Virus record (IMG/VR): IMGVR_UViG_3300014656_003390 | Coordinates: 1,780-65,779 of that record | DNA length: 64,000 nt | Source of the DNA: a virus | Taxonomy: Duplodnaviria > Caudoviricetes | Strand: one strand, 5' to 3' | Shown here: positions 30,136-40,187 of the stretch, one piece after another | Layout of the letters: each line of letters opens with the position of its first letter | How positions within the stretch are numbered: the stretch's first letter is position 1 | Position numbers and translations under genes: made by a program | The notes under the pieces: model-generated | What the model saw: only the letters and a program-made list of their open reading frames with translations | Told to the model about the DNA's origin: nothing | The model's database searches: none

Positions 30136-30489
30136 TTATATTCCTCTTATTAATCCCCTATTGTCGTAATGTTTTGGGTCTAATTTACTTATAATATATC
30201 TAAATTGTTTATACTTATTTGTTTTAAGCCAAAATGTAAACCAAACTGCATTCATATGAGGACTACAAACATTCACTTTATGATGTTGGTAGCATAAAGT
30301 AATTCCATTATTTACATCCCATCTTGTTAATTTAATACCTTTTGGTATTATATGATGAGCATGACAATTATTCTTTTCTATTTTCTTTTGGCATATTTGA
30401 CAAGTATAATTATCTCTTTCTTTAACTTTTAGTTTCCAAGCATTATCTAAGTCGCTTATTTCTTTTTTATTTGTTATTTTTTTTGGCAT
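30136..30489 (-). CDS. HNH endonuclease (NinG-like)
   Basis: RDNYTCQIC, HAHHII, RWDVNNGITLCYQHH. Confidence 0.8.
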   Translation of the reverse strand: MPKKITNKKEISDLDNAWKLKVKERDNYTCQICQKKIEKNNCHAHHIIPKGIKLTRWDVNNGITLCYQHHKVNVCSPHMNAVWFTFWLKTNKYKQFRYIISKLDPKHYDNRGLIRGI

Positions 30490-30710
30490 TTTTTCTCCAG
30501 TTCACTTATCAAATATTTTATAATTGGTATATCATCTGTTATATCTACAAATTTATATTTTGTATTAACATGGTAACTCATATACAATTTATTCTTGTCT
30601 ATCCAATAATTATTAACTTTACCTACCATTGTTTTTTCCATATTACTTTCGTCTGTTCTAATATAAGGAATGTTTTCTTCATTAAAAGGCATGGCTATCT
30701 CCTCCATCAC
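30474..30710 (-). CDS. Hypothetical protein
   Basis: Overlapping ORF in operon. Confidence 0.5.
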   Translation of the reverse strand: MMEEIAMPFNEENIPYIRTDESNMEKTMVGKVNNYWIDKNKLYMSYHVNTKYKFVDITDDIPIIKYLISELEKKCQKK

Positions 30711-31305
30711 AAGTTATTATTGCACCATTAATATGGCTAGCTTTATTTGAACAAAGAAATGTAACTATATTTGCTATATCTTCTGGTTCTCCTAGTGATA
30801 ACTTATTCTTTTGTGCAAATTCTTTTATTGATGGTTTAGTATTAATACACCCAGGACATATAACATTAAAAGTAATTCCGTCATGTTTTCCTGCAATTGA
30901 TTTCATAAATCCAATTTGTGCTGCCTTTGATGCAACGAAATATGGATTAGGTCCTTTCTCTTTTCCATAAAAAGAAGATATAGTAATAACTCTACCCCAT
31001 GTTCTATCTTTTGCTAAAAAGAAATCTGTCAGTAATTGAGTTATCCTATAATTTTTAAATATACAATCATCAGCATCTTCTCTTGCACATGTACCCATAC
31101 CACCAATATTATTAATTAAAATATCTACCTCTAATAATTTTGATAAATCTACCAAATCAAGTGCTCTCATTAAATCTTGTCCTTCTTCTCTACTCCAACT
31201 AATAACTTTAACTCCTTCTGCTTCTAATGCTTTTTTAATTGCTAATCCTATTCCATGACTCCCACCAGTTACAATTGCTTTCTTTCCTTTAAGATTTAAA
31301 TCCAT
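30682..31305 (-). CDS. Short-chain dehydrogenase/reductase
   Basis: TGGSHGIG, LINNIGG, YVASK, NVICPG. Confidence 0.9.
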   Translation of the reverse strand: MDLNLKGKKAIVTGGSHGIGLAIKKALEAEGVKVISWSREEGQDLMRALDLVDLSKLLEVDILINNIGGMGTCAREDADDCIFKNYRITQLLTDFFLAKDRTWGRVITISSFYGKEKGPNPYFVASKAAQIGFMKSIAGKHDGITFNVICPGCINTKPSIKEFAQKNKLSLGEPEDIANIVTFLCSNKASHINGAIITCDGGDSHAF

Positions 31306-32222
31306 TTTAATATCTCCTTTACTATTGTATCATTATCTAAACCATTTAATTTATCAATCATTTCTCTCTTTCCGTAATTTTGTATATAATCTTTTACTCC
31401 AAACCTTTTAAATCTTATTGAAATATTATTATTACATATAAAATCTGCAATTGAACTTCCTATACCACCACATTCTAAATGCTCTTCTAGTGTTATAACA
31501 TTTTTAAAATTTTTTAAATATTTTAATAATAATTTTTTATTTAAAGGTGCTATTCTATACAAGTCAATAACACCAACACTTTTTATTTCATTTAATCTTC
31601 TACTAATTTCTAATGCTTTATGAACCATAATTCCTGTAGCAATAATTATTACATCTCTACCTCCACCTTCTATTAATGATAAACCATCATTAAAATTATT
31701 TTTCATATTATTGTATATTAAAGGCAACGGATGGTGGTCAAACTTAACATAGGATAAATGTGGTCTATTATAAAATATATTTGAAAGTTCTGCTAAACAT
31801 ATCGTATCAGCAACATTATAAATATTCATATTAGGAATTGTTTTTAATATTCCAATATCTTGAATTGAATGATGTGTTGGTCCTTCGTGACAATAAGAAT
31901 AACCAGCACCTATACCTATAATTGTTACTGGTAGATTTTTTACTCCCAAATCTAAACTTATTTCTTCAAAACATCTTAAAGTAACAAAGGGTGATATACC
32001 ATGAACAAATACTTTCTTTCCACATGTTGCTAATCCTGCAGCAACTCCAATTAAATTTTGTTCTGACGGTCCAATATTTATTAATTGTTCTGGAATATTT
32101 TCTCTAAACTTCTTGAATGTTCCTGCATTTTGGTCTCCAAGAAGTAAGATTACATCTTTATCTTTTAAAGCATTCTTATAAAGTTCTTCAAACATTGCAT
32201 CTCTCATATCATTATATATCAT
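31296..32222 (-). CDS. Transketolase, C-terminal (pyrimidine-binding) subunit
   Basis: NIGPSEQNLIGVAAGLA, GPTHHS, ITLEEH. Confidence 0.9.
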   Translation of the reverse strand: MIYNDMRDAMFEELYKNALKDKDVILLLGDQNAGTFKKFRENIPEQLINIGPSEQNLIGVAAGLATCGKKVFVHGISPFVTLRCFEEISLDLGVKNLPVTIIGIGAGYSYCHEGPTHHSIQDIGILKTIPNMNIYNVADTICLAELSNIFYNRPHLSYVKFDHHPLPLIYNNMKNNFNDGLSLIEGGGRDVIIIATGIMVHKALEISRRLNEIKSVGVIDLYRIAPLNKKLLLKYLKNFKNVITLEEHLECGGIGSSIADFICNNNISIRFKRFGVKDYIQNYGKREMIDKLNGLDNDTIVKEILKWI

Positions 32223-33040
32223 TCTAATTCTCTCCTTGCAATTTCCAATTGTTCTCCTTTTGGTATTCCGTGATGCCATGCAGGATTACCTTCCATATAT
32301 GAAATACCTTTTCCTTTTATAGTATTTGCAATAATTACCTTTGGTTTATTTAATTTTGAATATTTAAAGACTTTAAGACAGGTAAGAATTTCATTAAAAT
32401 TGTGTCCGTTACATTCTATAACATCCCAACCAAACGATTTCCATTTTTCTACTAATCCAAGTCCGTCTCCAACATAAGTTGATGTTAATTGATGAGTTCC
32501 AAATTTGTTATTATCAACAATCACAATCAAATTACTTAACTTTTGTGCAGAAGCAAACATAACTCCTTCCCAAATACTTCCTTCATTGCATTCTGTATCT
32601 CCTAGCATAACATATGTTTTATAATCTTTTTTATCTAATTTTGCAGCAAGAGCAATTCCACATCCTAATCCTAATCCATGTCCTAGTGAACCACCTGTCA
32701 TTTCAATGCCAGGAGTATGATAATCTGAATGTTCAGGCATAGATGTTTGTCCATATTTTTCTAAATCTGCAATAGTAAAGAAATTATTGTCAGCTAATAT
32801 TGTATATAATGCAAGAGGGCAATGCCCTTTACTATAAATCAATCTATCCCTATCTGGAGAGTTAATTGTCTTTGGAGTTACATTTATAATACCACCATTG
32901 TAAAGAGAAAGTAATAATTCAACACTTGACAATGCCCCACCAAGATGTGCCTGCCCGGTATTTATGGCAACATCAAATAGTTTTTTTCTAACCCATCTGG
33001 CTTTTTCTATTAATTGTTTTTCGTTAAGCGTTTTTTTCAT
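32219..33040 (-). CDS. Transketolase, N-terminal (ThDP-binding) subunit
   Basis: HLGGALS, DRLIYSKGH, GGSLGHGL, GDTECNEG, KGKG. Confidence 0.9.
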   Translation of the reverse strand: MKKTLNEKQLIEKARWVRKKLFDVAINTGQAHLGGALSSVELLLSLYNGGIINVTPKTINSPDRDRLIYSKGHCPLALYTILADNNFFTIADLEKYGQTSMPEHSDYHTPGIEMTGGSLGHGLGLGCGIALAAKLDKKDYKTYVMLGDTECNEGSIWEGVMFASAQKLSNLIVIVDNNKFGTHQLTSTYVGDGLGLVEKWKSFGWDVIECNGHNFNEILTCLKVFKYSKLNKPKVIIANTIKGKGISYMEGNPAWHHGIPKGEQLEIARRELE

Positions 33041-33735
33041 TTTATATTAATTAAATTTAATTGTTTCATTTCTTTATTTGATAATTTTGTTGGAAGACAA
33101 TATAAAATACCACGATATAATAATCTCGGAGCACTCCACATATATTGAATATTGTCAAATGTTTCACTATCAACATTTAGTCCAGCTTCTTCTATATTTT
33201 TTATAAATGGTTTTACAGGGTCACATCCTTCAAGAGTATTTGTATAAAAGTAAAATTTAGGATTGACTTTTAATAATGGTTTTCTAACCAAATCCATATT
33301 CAAATCAATTCCATCATAACAAATTCCTCCAAGAAAATGTTTAAAGTCGTGAATTATTATAATTGAGTTTTTCCTTTCTTTTAATGCTTCTAATTCTTGT
33401 AATATAACAAATCTTTCTTTATTTGTCTTACAACCTTTTACGAAAAAATGAGCGTCCAAATAATAACATAATATAGTTTTTTCTTGATTAATTCTTTTTA
33501 AAAATTCTGAACTATCATCTTTAAAAATAATAACATTTTTATAATCTTTCAATCTTTCTTTTGCTTTATTAAAATAATCTTCATTCTTCTCACAAGTTAG
33601 AACATAATCAAAATTCTTACTTTGAACTTCTGCATTTATTCCTCTGAAAGTTCCTGTTTCAATAAAAGTAGAAACATGATATTTATCTCTTAAATAACAA
33701 ATTGTTTTAATTGCACCCAAATCTGTCCAACTCAT
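33037..33735 (-). CDS. Class I SAM-methyltransferase-like protein
   Basis: FIETGTFRG, YYLDAH, IIIHDF. Confidence 0.65.
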   Translation of the reverse strand: MSWTDLGAIKTICYLRDKYHVSTFIETGTFRGINAEVQSKNFDYVLTCEKNEDYFNKAKERLKDYKNVIIFKDDSSEFLKRINQEKTILCYYLDAHFFVKGCKTNKERFVILQELEALKERKNSIIIIHDFKHFLGGICYDGIDLNMDLVRKPLLKVNPKFYFYTNTLEGCDPVKPFIKNIEEAGLNVDSETFDNIQYMWSAPRLLYRGILYCLPTKLSNKEMKQLNLINIK

Positions 33736-34418
33736 ATTTTATATTCTCCCACTTTCCATTTCTCTCTCATAAGTCTATAAGCCTCTTTTTTTAATTCTTC
33801 AATATTTGCAACCTTTTCATGTTGATGTCCTTTAATATAATCCGGCATATGGTCTACCCAGTAATCAACTTGATAAACTTCTAATCCTAATTGTTTAATC
33901 GCATAAGTATAATCTATATCCACTCCCCATCCTATTGGATACCTCTCATCATATCCTCCTAATTTTTCAATAGTTCTGTAAGGAATATAAGTACACCAAG
34001 CACCAACCCAATAAAATCCATTTATGAAATCGGAACCAGAATAATTACCTCCACCATAAGAAGTTATAATTCCGCAATCTATTCTTTCTTGTGCTAATCC
34101 TTTCATATGCATTAACCAATCTCTTCCTAAACATTTTGGAAAGATAACATCAGTTTGTGTAAGGAATAAATCTTCTTTTCTTTCTTTTGCTATCTGGAAT
34201 AATCTATTGTATGCCTTTAATGGACCTTCTTTTGGAGTATGTATTACTTCAACAAAGTCATAAAACTTTGCTAATTCATCACAAAATTCTGCACTACCAT
34301 CTATACTTCCACTTTCAAGAAGTATTATTTTATCTCTAACCATTGTTGAATTTATAAAACTATAAAAACAATATTTTAATCCTTGTAAGTTATTATAAAT
34401 TGGAATACCTATTATCAT
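33732..34418 (-). CDS. GT-A (GT2-like) glycosyltransferase
   Basis: IGIPIYNN, LLESGSIDGS, GGYDE, GVDIDY. Confidence 0.8.
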   Translation of the reverse strand: MIIGIPIYNNLQGLKYCFYSFINSTMVRDKIILLESGSIDGSAEFCDELAKFYDFVEVIHTPKEGPLKAYNRLFQIAKERKEDLFLTQTDVIFPKCLGRDWLMHMKGLAQERIDCGIITSYGGGNYSGSDFINGFYWVGAWCTYIPYRTIEKLGGYDERYPIGWGVDIDYTYAIKQLGLEVYQVDYWVDHMPDYIKGHQHEKVANIEELKKEAYRLMREKWKVGEYKI

Positions 34419-35689
34419 TTATTAGCACCTCTTTGTCTCAAGAACTCTTGTAACTCTAACATATTATTCATAATCTGTTTTCTTGTTAACCCTTTCCCTT
34501 CTTCATATTCATATGGAACAGCATCTTCAGGATTATCTTTGCTATCCTTAAACCTACAAACTAAATGATTCATTTTTCCCCAATCTTTACTTACCCATTT
34601 TATTCCATATTTTTCAGGAGTGTTATAAATAGGACTTCCTGGATATGGTTGAAGTGAAGACAATAAAACTAAATCAGGATTAATTTTATTAACAAATTCT
34701 TTTGTCTCTCTAACAATATCTATTGTCTCTCCAGGTAACCCATTAAGTAAATATATCCTTGTTTTTATATCATACTTTTTACAAAGAGCCATCATTGTTG
34801 ATGCATCGTCTATATTAATTTTCTTATCAGCAATTTCTAAAACCTTTTTGTTAACACTTTCAATACCAAAACTTAATTCAACTAATCCACTTTCTTTTGC
34901 TAATTTCAATATGTCTTCGTCTGTATTTAACCTTATCTGTCCTCTCCATTTTATATCTTTACTCTTGATTAAGTTTAGCCAATCTACTGCTTCTGTTTTA
35001 TTTAAAGGGATACATATTTCATCTTGAAGTGATAATCCTTTTACTCCATATTCTTTTTTTAGATAATCAATCTCATCTGATATTTTTTGTAATGAATTTC
35101 TTTTAATTGCTCCTCTTTGATAATTTGCACAAAAATTACAACCAAACGGACAACCAAAACTAAATTGTGCTGTTGTTGATGTCATTTCGTCTGTTTTAAA
35201 TAAATGTTCATTAATTATATGTTTTTTTGGAAGGAAGTGTCTTTTAGGAAAAGGATACTCACATATTGGTTTTTCTGATATAATATTTACATATCTTTCT
35301 TTTATATTAGGATAATCTTTTAATATTTGTTCTAATGCTCCTTCTCCTCTACCAATAACAATACTATCAAATCCTCTTGTTATGTCTGGAAGTATAGTAG
35401 GATGAGGACCACCTGCAATATGCTTTGAATTAGGATATATTATTTTTAAATCTTCTGCAATCATTTGACACTCAATTAAATCTGGACTTGCTATTGTATA
35501 AAAATATAAATCTGCTTCCTTTGGTATTAACTTTTTATTCTTTTCATCTCTAAAATCAGTAAAACTAACTTCACATCCTTTCTCTTCAAGTATTGTCGCA
35601 AGATATAATTGTGTTAATGGTTGTGCTCTTAAAGGTTCAGCCCAGTAGTGCCAAGTTGGTATAATAAAGTTTATAGAAAGTTTAGACAT
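34415..35689 (-). CDS. B12-binding radical SAM protein (second copy)
   Basis: AGGPHPT; FGCPFGCNFC; FGIES. Confidence 0.9.
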   Translation of the reverse strand: MSKLSINFIIPTWHYWAEPLRAQPLTQLYLATILEEKGCEVSFTDFRDEKNKKLIPKEADLYFYTIASPDLIECQMIAEDLKIIYPNSKHIAGGPHPTILPDITRGFDSIVIGRGEGALEQILKDYPNIKERYVNIISEKPICEYPFPKRHFLPKKHIINEHLFKTDEMTSTTAQFSFGCPFGCNFCANYQRGAIKRNSLQKISDEIDYLKKEYGVKGLSLQDEICIPLNKTEAVDWLNLIKSKDIKWRGQIRLNTDEDILKLAKESGLVELSFGIESVNKKVLEIADKKINIDDASTMMALCKKYDIKTRIYLLNGLPGETIDIVRETKEFVNKINPDLVLLSSLQPYPGSPIYNTPEKYGIKWVSKDWGKMNHLVCRFKDSKDNPEDAVPYEYEEGKGLTRKQIMNNMLELQEFLRQRGANK

Positions 35690-36722
35690 TTTCTCTCCAC
35701 CAATTTAATAAATCTTTCATAGTAGTTTCAAAAGAAATTGTTCTTGTCCATCTTGTATCTTTTATAAATTTATAACAATCAGGAATTTGTAATGTAACAT
35801 CGTATGGGCGAAGTAAAGTTGGGTCCAATTCTTTTTTAATTCTATCCTTTAAAGGGGAAAGAGATATAAGATAATCTAACATTTCTCCTATTGTCTTTGT
35901 TGTCTTGCCACCAATATTATAAACTTCTCCAATTGTTCCTTTTCTTACAAGAAGATAATATGCTTGAACTGCATCTCTTACATCAGCCCATGTTCTTATT
36001 GAATCTAAGTTTCCGTGTTTTAATATAAATTCTGCTTTTGTATTTACACAAGCATGTTCTAATGCATCTTCTTTATAATTTTTCTCAAACTCTGCAATCT
36101 GTTTAGCAAAATTAACTTCTGCACTTAACATAGTTCTTCTTGGTCCAGTATGCGTAAACATTCTTGTTCTTATTGTTTTTATTTTAAAATTTGTCCAATA
36201 CATTAATGCAATCATATCTTCTCCTACTTTTCCAACAGCATAAGGATTTGCAGGATTAAATGCTTGAGTTTCTTTTATTGGAACATCTTCTGCTTTAACA
36301 AGTCCGTATACTTCACTTGATGAACAAACATGAATGATTGGGTCGTAATGATATTTATATCCATAAGTCGGTACATTATATTTTGATTTCTCTCTAACAA
36401 TCCTAATTGCTTCTAATAAATTATAAGTTCCAAGAGTATTTGTTCTTATTGTTTCTTCAGGATAAATAAAACTTGCAGATGGATAACTTTGTGCTCCAAG
36501 ATGAAATATATAATCTGGTCTTACTTCATCAACTGCTTTAATACAAGAACTTAAATCATTTAAGTCCATTAATATCCAATGAACTTTATCTTTTATATGT
36601 TTAAAACTTTCTTGGTTATCAGTCCATCTATAAGTAACATAAACTTCTTCTTTCTTTTCAAGAAGTAAATCTGCAAGATGACTTGCTACAAATCCTGGTC
36701 CTGTTATTAAATTTTTAATCAT
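35682..36722 (-). CDS. gmd: GDP-mannose/GDP-heptose 4,6-dehydratase family
   Basis: HLGAQS, SSSEVYG, NPYAVGK, GNLDSIRTWADVRD. Confidence 0.8.
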   Translation of the reverse strand: MIKNLITGPGFVASHLADLLLEKKEEVYVTYRWTDNQESFKHIKDKVHWILMDLNDLSSCIKAVDEVRPDYIFHLGAQSYPSASFIYPEETIRTNTLGTYNLLEAIRIVREKSKYNVPTYGYKYHYDPIIHVCSSSEVYGLVKAEDVPIKETQAFNPANPYAVGKVGEDMIALMYWTNFKIKTIRTRMFTHTGPRRTMLSAEVNFAKQIAEFEKNYKEDALEHACVNTKAEFILKHGNLDSIRTWADVRDAVQAYYLLVRKGTIGEVYNIGGKTTKTIGEMLDYLISLSPLKDRIKKELDPTLLRPYDVTLQIPDCYKFIKDTRWTRTISFETTMKDLLNWWRENV

Positions 36723-37099
36723 TCTATAATCACATCCCTTACATCATTAAATGCAGCAGATATATAACTTTCACAAGCAGCATCTATAATTATACTATCT
36801 TCACTAAACCAGCCACCATGAGTTATTCTACCACTTCTAAATACAACATCTCCTGCTTCTAAATCAAAGTCTTCTACTTCTCCTGTATCAATATTTTTCA
36901 TTCTGTATTTTGATTTACCTTGTAAGACATACATAACTTCAGCATATGGATGCCAATGATTACCAAGTAGTTGTTCACCTTTTTTTATTTTTAATATTTT
37001 CATATTCTTAACTGCTAATTCTCCATTTATAATTTCAAATATGCATCTTCTTTCGTCTTCACTTACTAATTTTGCTTTTCTAATTGTTACGCCATTCAT
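36719..37099 (-). CDS. Cupin (sugar 3,5-epimerase/isomerase, WxcM-C/RmlC-like)
   Basis: GNHWHP...EVMYV...ITHG. Confidence 0.7.
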   Translation of the reverse strand: MNGVTIRKAKLVSEDERRCIFEIINGELAVKNMKILKIKKGEQLLGNHWHPYAEVMYVLQGKSKYRMKNIDTGEVEDFDLEAGDVVFRSGRITHGGWFSEDSIIIDAACESYISAAFNDVRDVIIE

Positions 37100-37100
37100 T

Positions 37101-37268
37101 TTAATAAACTTTTTGAGTATTTCCTCCAAATTGAGATTTTATATTTAAATCTACTTCCTGTTTAAGTTCTTCTTTAAATTTATCATCTTCTCCTGTTGCT
37201 GATACAATATACCATTTTATATATGCTACCTTTGGTTCTATTTCACATATGTATATTATTAAATTCAT
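37101..37268 (-). CDS. Small ORF (55 aa)
   Basis: Fills the gap; ATGA overlap with the upstream gene. Confidence 0.4.
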   Translation of the reverse strand: MNLIIYICEIEPKVAYIKWYIVSATGEDDKFKEELKQEVDLNIKSQFGGNTQKVY

Positions 37269-37819
37269 TTTCCAAATGCTCCTGTCGGTACTTCAATTAA
37301 TAAAGTTGACAACCCCTGGTTAGCCATATCTAATGCATATTTATAACTTGGTATTACATCCTTTTCATTCTTAATTTTTATTACTTTAACATTCTTTAGC
37401 ATTTTTTTTAATCCTGTCGTATAATCTCCTGTATGCTGTAATCCTCCATTCATTGGATATTTACTTCCAATTTGAGTTCGTATTATAACTCCAGGATAAA
37501 ACTCTCCTTTACTCATATCCTCTATTTTATCTAAATGATTTACTAACTGATTAATAGCGCATATTAAAAAATCAATTCTCGGAAATATTGTTATAGGTAT
37601 AAATCCTTCTAATGATAACCCAATACTTAATCCCATTTGAGTATCTTCAAAGACAGGCATTTCTATTTTCTTTTTATCTAAAATATTCTTTAAACTTCCG
37701 TATATTGGACTACCCTCATAAATAACTGTTTGTCCTAGGAAAACTGTATTTGTATCTCTTGCTAACATATCCATTGCCTTAACTAAATTTTGCTGATACT
37801 TTTTATTATTTATAGGCAT
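37265..37819 (-). CDS. 2-oxoacid dehydrogenase E1-beta-like subunit (short)
   Basis: VFLGQ, MPVFEDTQMGLSIG, NQLVNH, GLQHT. Confidence 0.85.
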   Translation of the reverse strand: MPINNKKYQQNLVKAMDMLARDTNTVFLGQTVIYEGSPIYGSLKNILDKKKIEMPVFEDTQMGLSIGLSLEGFIPITIFPRIDFLICAINQLVNHLDKIEDMSKGEFYPGVIIRTQIGSKYPMNGGLQHTGDYTTGLKKMLKNVKVIKIKNEKDVIPSYKYALDMANQGLSTLLIEVPTGAFGK

Positions 37820-38519
37820 TATAATCTCCTTGCGATTTAAATTTCTTTTTCTTAAATATTATCCATTCTCCTACTCCATAATGAGGATACACTCTATTAT
37901 AAGTATAATAAATACAATATTTATTTATAGGAAAACTTCTTTGACCCCATACTTCATATGTAGGAGTATTATTTGCAATACCATTATCCTCAATTATAAA
38001 AGTTATTGGTAAATCATGTCCTTTAGCATATTTAATTGCTTCATCAAAGCATCCCATTTCAGAAGCCATATCACCAACAAAGCACCAAACGTGTGGCATA
38101 TCCATACAAGTTCCTATTATTCCTTTTTCAACATCCATAGTAGACAGATTAACATTTCTCCATCCGTTATCCCAATTTCTTTTAATTCCCATAGCGGTTC
38201 CTAAAGCAATTGGAATACAACCTCCGACAATAGCACTTGAAAATATTTTATACTTCGCTGAATTAATATGACTTGAATTTGCATTAACTATAATTTCATT
38301 CATAAGCCAACTCCAATCTTCAGATTTAAGTAAAGCATGATAATGACTTCGATGTGTTGTAAATACCCAATCATTATCTTTTATTTTTTTGAATATTTTA
38401 ATAAGTTGGTCTTCATTTCCACCACTTAAATGAACAGGTCCATAAGTATTTCCTTCTTTATATTTTGCTATTACTTCTTGTTCAAAGTTAATTAAATCTT
38501 GTTTTGTTATTTGTTTCAT
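37806..38519 (-). CDS. 2-oxoacid dehydrogenase E1-alpha-like ThDP subunit
   Basis: GPVHLSGGNE, THRSHYH, AIVGG, GDMA...EDN. Confidence 0.85.
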   Translation of the reverse strand: MKQITKQDLINFEQEVIAKYKEGNTYGPVHLSGGNEDQLIKIFKKIKDNDWVFTTHRSHYHALLKSEDWSWLMNEIIVNANSSHINSAKYKIFSSAIVGGCIPIALGTAMGIKRNWDNGWRNVNLSTMDVEKGIIGTCMDMPHVWCFVGDMASEMGCFDEAIKYAKGHDLPITFIIEDNGIANNTPTYEVWGQRSFPINKYCIYYTYNRVYPHYGVGEWIIFKKKKFKSQGDYNAYK

Positions 38520-38836
38520 ATTTTATAACTATCCTCATCATCATGATGTGTTGATGCTTCTATAAATTTACAATATGGAGTTACAGAAGTGAATTTGTGA
38601 AGTGTAAAGGGAGGAATTCTAAATGAGTCTCCCTTTTCTAAGATTATACTGTATCCATCGACTACTAAATGTAACTCTCCTTCTAAAATAAAAAATGTTT
38701 CATCTTTATTTTTATGATAATGATACTTTCCTTTTGATGACCATTTATCTTTAAAACATATCATTACTTTACTACAATATAATTCATTATTTAATAACCA
38801 CATTTCACTTCCCCAAGATTTAATTACTAATTTCAT
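38516..38836 (-). CDS. Cupin-fold sugar isomerase
   Basis: KSWGSE, YHYHKNKDETF, HKF, EASTHH. Confidence 0.75.
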   Translation of the reverse strand: MKLVIKSWGSEMWLLNNELYCSKVMICFKDKWSSKGKYHYHKNKDETFFILEGELHLVVDGYSIILEKGDSFRIPPFTLHKFTSVTPYCKFIEASTHHDDEDSYKI

Positions 38837-39252
38837 TTTTCTTTTATTCCTGTTAGCCAAGATGATGACTGAATTTTATCTCCTAAATCATTAAGCATCA
38901 TAATTCCCAATTCATTACAAACTTTTGTTTCTCTATTATCTTTAATATCTCCACCATTTGCAAATATAAAAGTATTTTCTGGAAATGACTTAACTAAAAA
39001 TCTTAATGTTTCACAAACACTTCTATCTTTATCTATTGAAATAAATACTTTATCCACTCCTTTAATGTTTGTCATAATCTTAATTCTCTCATCTTCATTC
39101 ATAAAACTACCTCCTTTCTTTAATTTTGCTTGTTCATCATTATTAACTATTACCCATAACTCATTACTATAAGATTTTGATATTTTTAAATATTCTAAAT
39201 GCCCAATGTGAAGTGGGTCATAATATCCCGAACAAATAATTATACAATCCAT
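38833..39252 (-). CDS. Cytidylyltransferase-like nucleotidyltransferase (HxGH)
   Basis: SGYYDPLHIGH, FANGGD, SSS. Confidence 0.85.
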   Translation of the reverse strand: MDCIIICSGYYDPLHIGHLEYLKISKSYSNELWVIVNNDEQAKLKKGGSFMNEDERIKIMTNIKGVDKVFISIDKDRSVCETLRFLVKSFPENTFIFANGGDIKDNRETKVCNELGIMMLNDLGDKIQSSSWLTGIKEK

Positions 39253-40187
39253 GTTTCTACCCCATGAATACTGAAATTAAAATCAATAATTGCATTATAT
39301 TTATTTTTTAAAGCATCAATTAAATCTTTTCTATTTTCTGGTTTAACGAAAAATATAAAATGTCCTGCTTGTCCAGAACCACATAGTTTTCCTCCTTCTG
39401 CTCCATTCTTTAATGCCCAATTATATAAAATATCAATTCTTTTTGAAGAAGTAAATTTATTTCTTTTTAATTCCCAATTTGCTCTGAGTAGACTTGGTAT
39501 ATTTTTAACATCAGATTTTAGTAAAGCATCTCTCATTCTATAAGCCAATCCTTTTATATCTGCTGTTCTTTTCATTTCATCTTTATGTTTTTCACTATGT
39601 TCTCTTAATTCTTTATGAATATCTCTTCCTTCTTTAGAACCACCAATATAACATAAAACAAAATGTTCATTCAATTCTCTTATAAAAGAATACTTTAATT
39701 TTAATGGATAAACAGTTTGATAATCTTTTCCGAAGTCCATGAAATTAAATCCTCCAAGAGTTGTTGCATATTGGTCTTGCCAACCACCTTCTTTAATTGA
39801 TGTTTCAATTTCATATGCTTCTTTTATTAAATCATAATCATTAGTTCTTCCTCCATGAAGTTCATATAAAAGACGCAACAATAAAATTACAAAACTTGAA
39901 CTACTACCTAAACCACTTCCTGGAGGAATATCATTATAATAAATTAAGTTAAATCCTTTGGTTGGTTTAAAATATTCTATAACTTTGCTTGCTAATATTT
40001 CTGTACTATTTAATTCTTTATCGTTGATATAAATCTTTTTATCTTTTCTTTCTTCTATTGTCATGTGACAGAATTTATTAATTGTTGAACTAATGACTGC
40101 TCCACCATATTTTTCAAATATATAATTTAAATCAGTTCCTCCTCCAGTAAACGAAATCCTAAGCGGTGCTATTCCTCTAATTCTCAT
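39240..40187 (-). CDS. hddA: GHMP kinase, heptose-7-phosphate kinase family
   Basis: APLRISFTGGGTD, PPGSGLGSSSS, GWQDQY, GGKLCGSG. Confidence 0.85.
   Translation of the reverse strand: MRIRGIAPLRISFTGGGTDLNYIFEKYGGAVISSTINKFCHMTIEERKDKKIYINDKELNSTEILASKVIEYFKPTKGFNLIYYNDIPPGSGLGSSSSFVILLLRLLYELHGGRTNDYDLIKEAYEIETSIKEGGWQDQYATTLGGFNFMDFGKDYQTVYPLKLKYSFIRELNEHFVLCYIGGSKEGRDIHKELREHSEKHKDEMKRTADIKGLAYRMRDALLKSDVKNIPSLLRANWELKRNKFTSSKRIDILYNWALKNGAEGGKLCGSGQAGHFIFFVKPENRKDLIDALKNKYNAIIDFNFSIHGVETWIV

Noticed and set aside
36719-38836. Cupins as TET/JBP-like DNA oxygenases
   Set aside because: Too short and with sugar-isomerase cupin motifs rather than HxD...H 2OG-Fe(II) motifs
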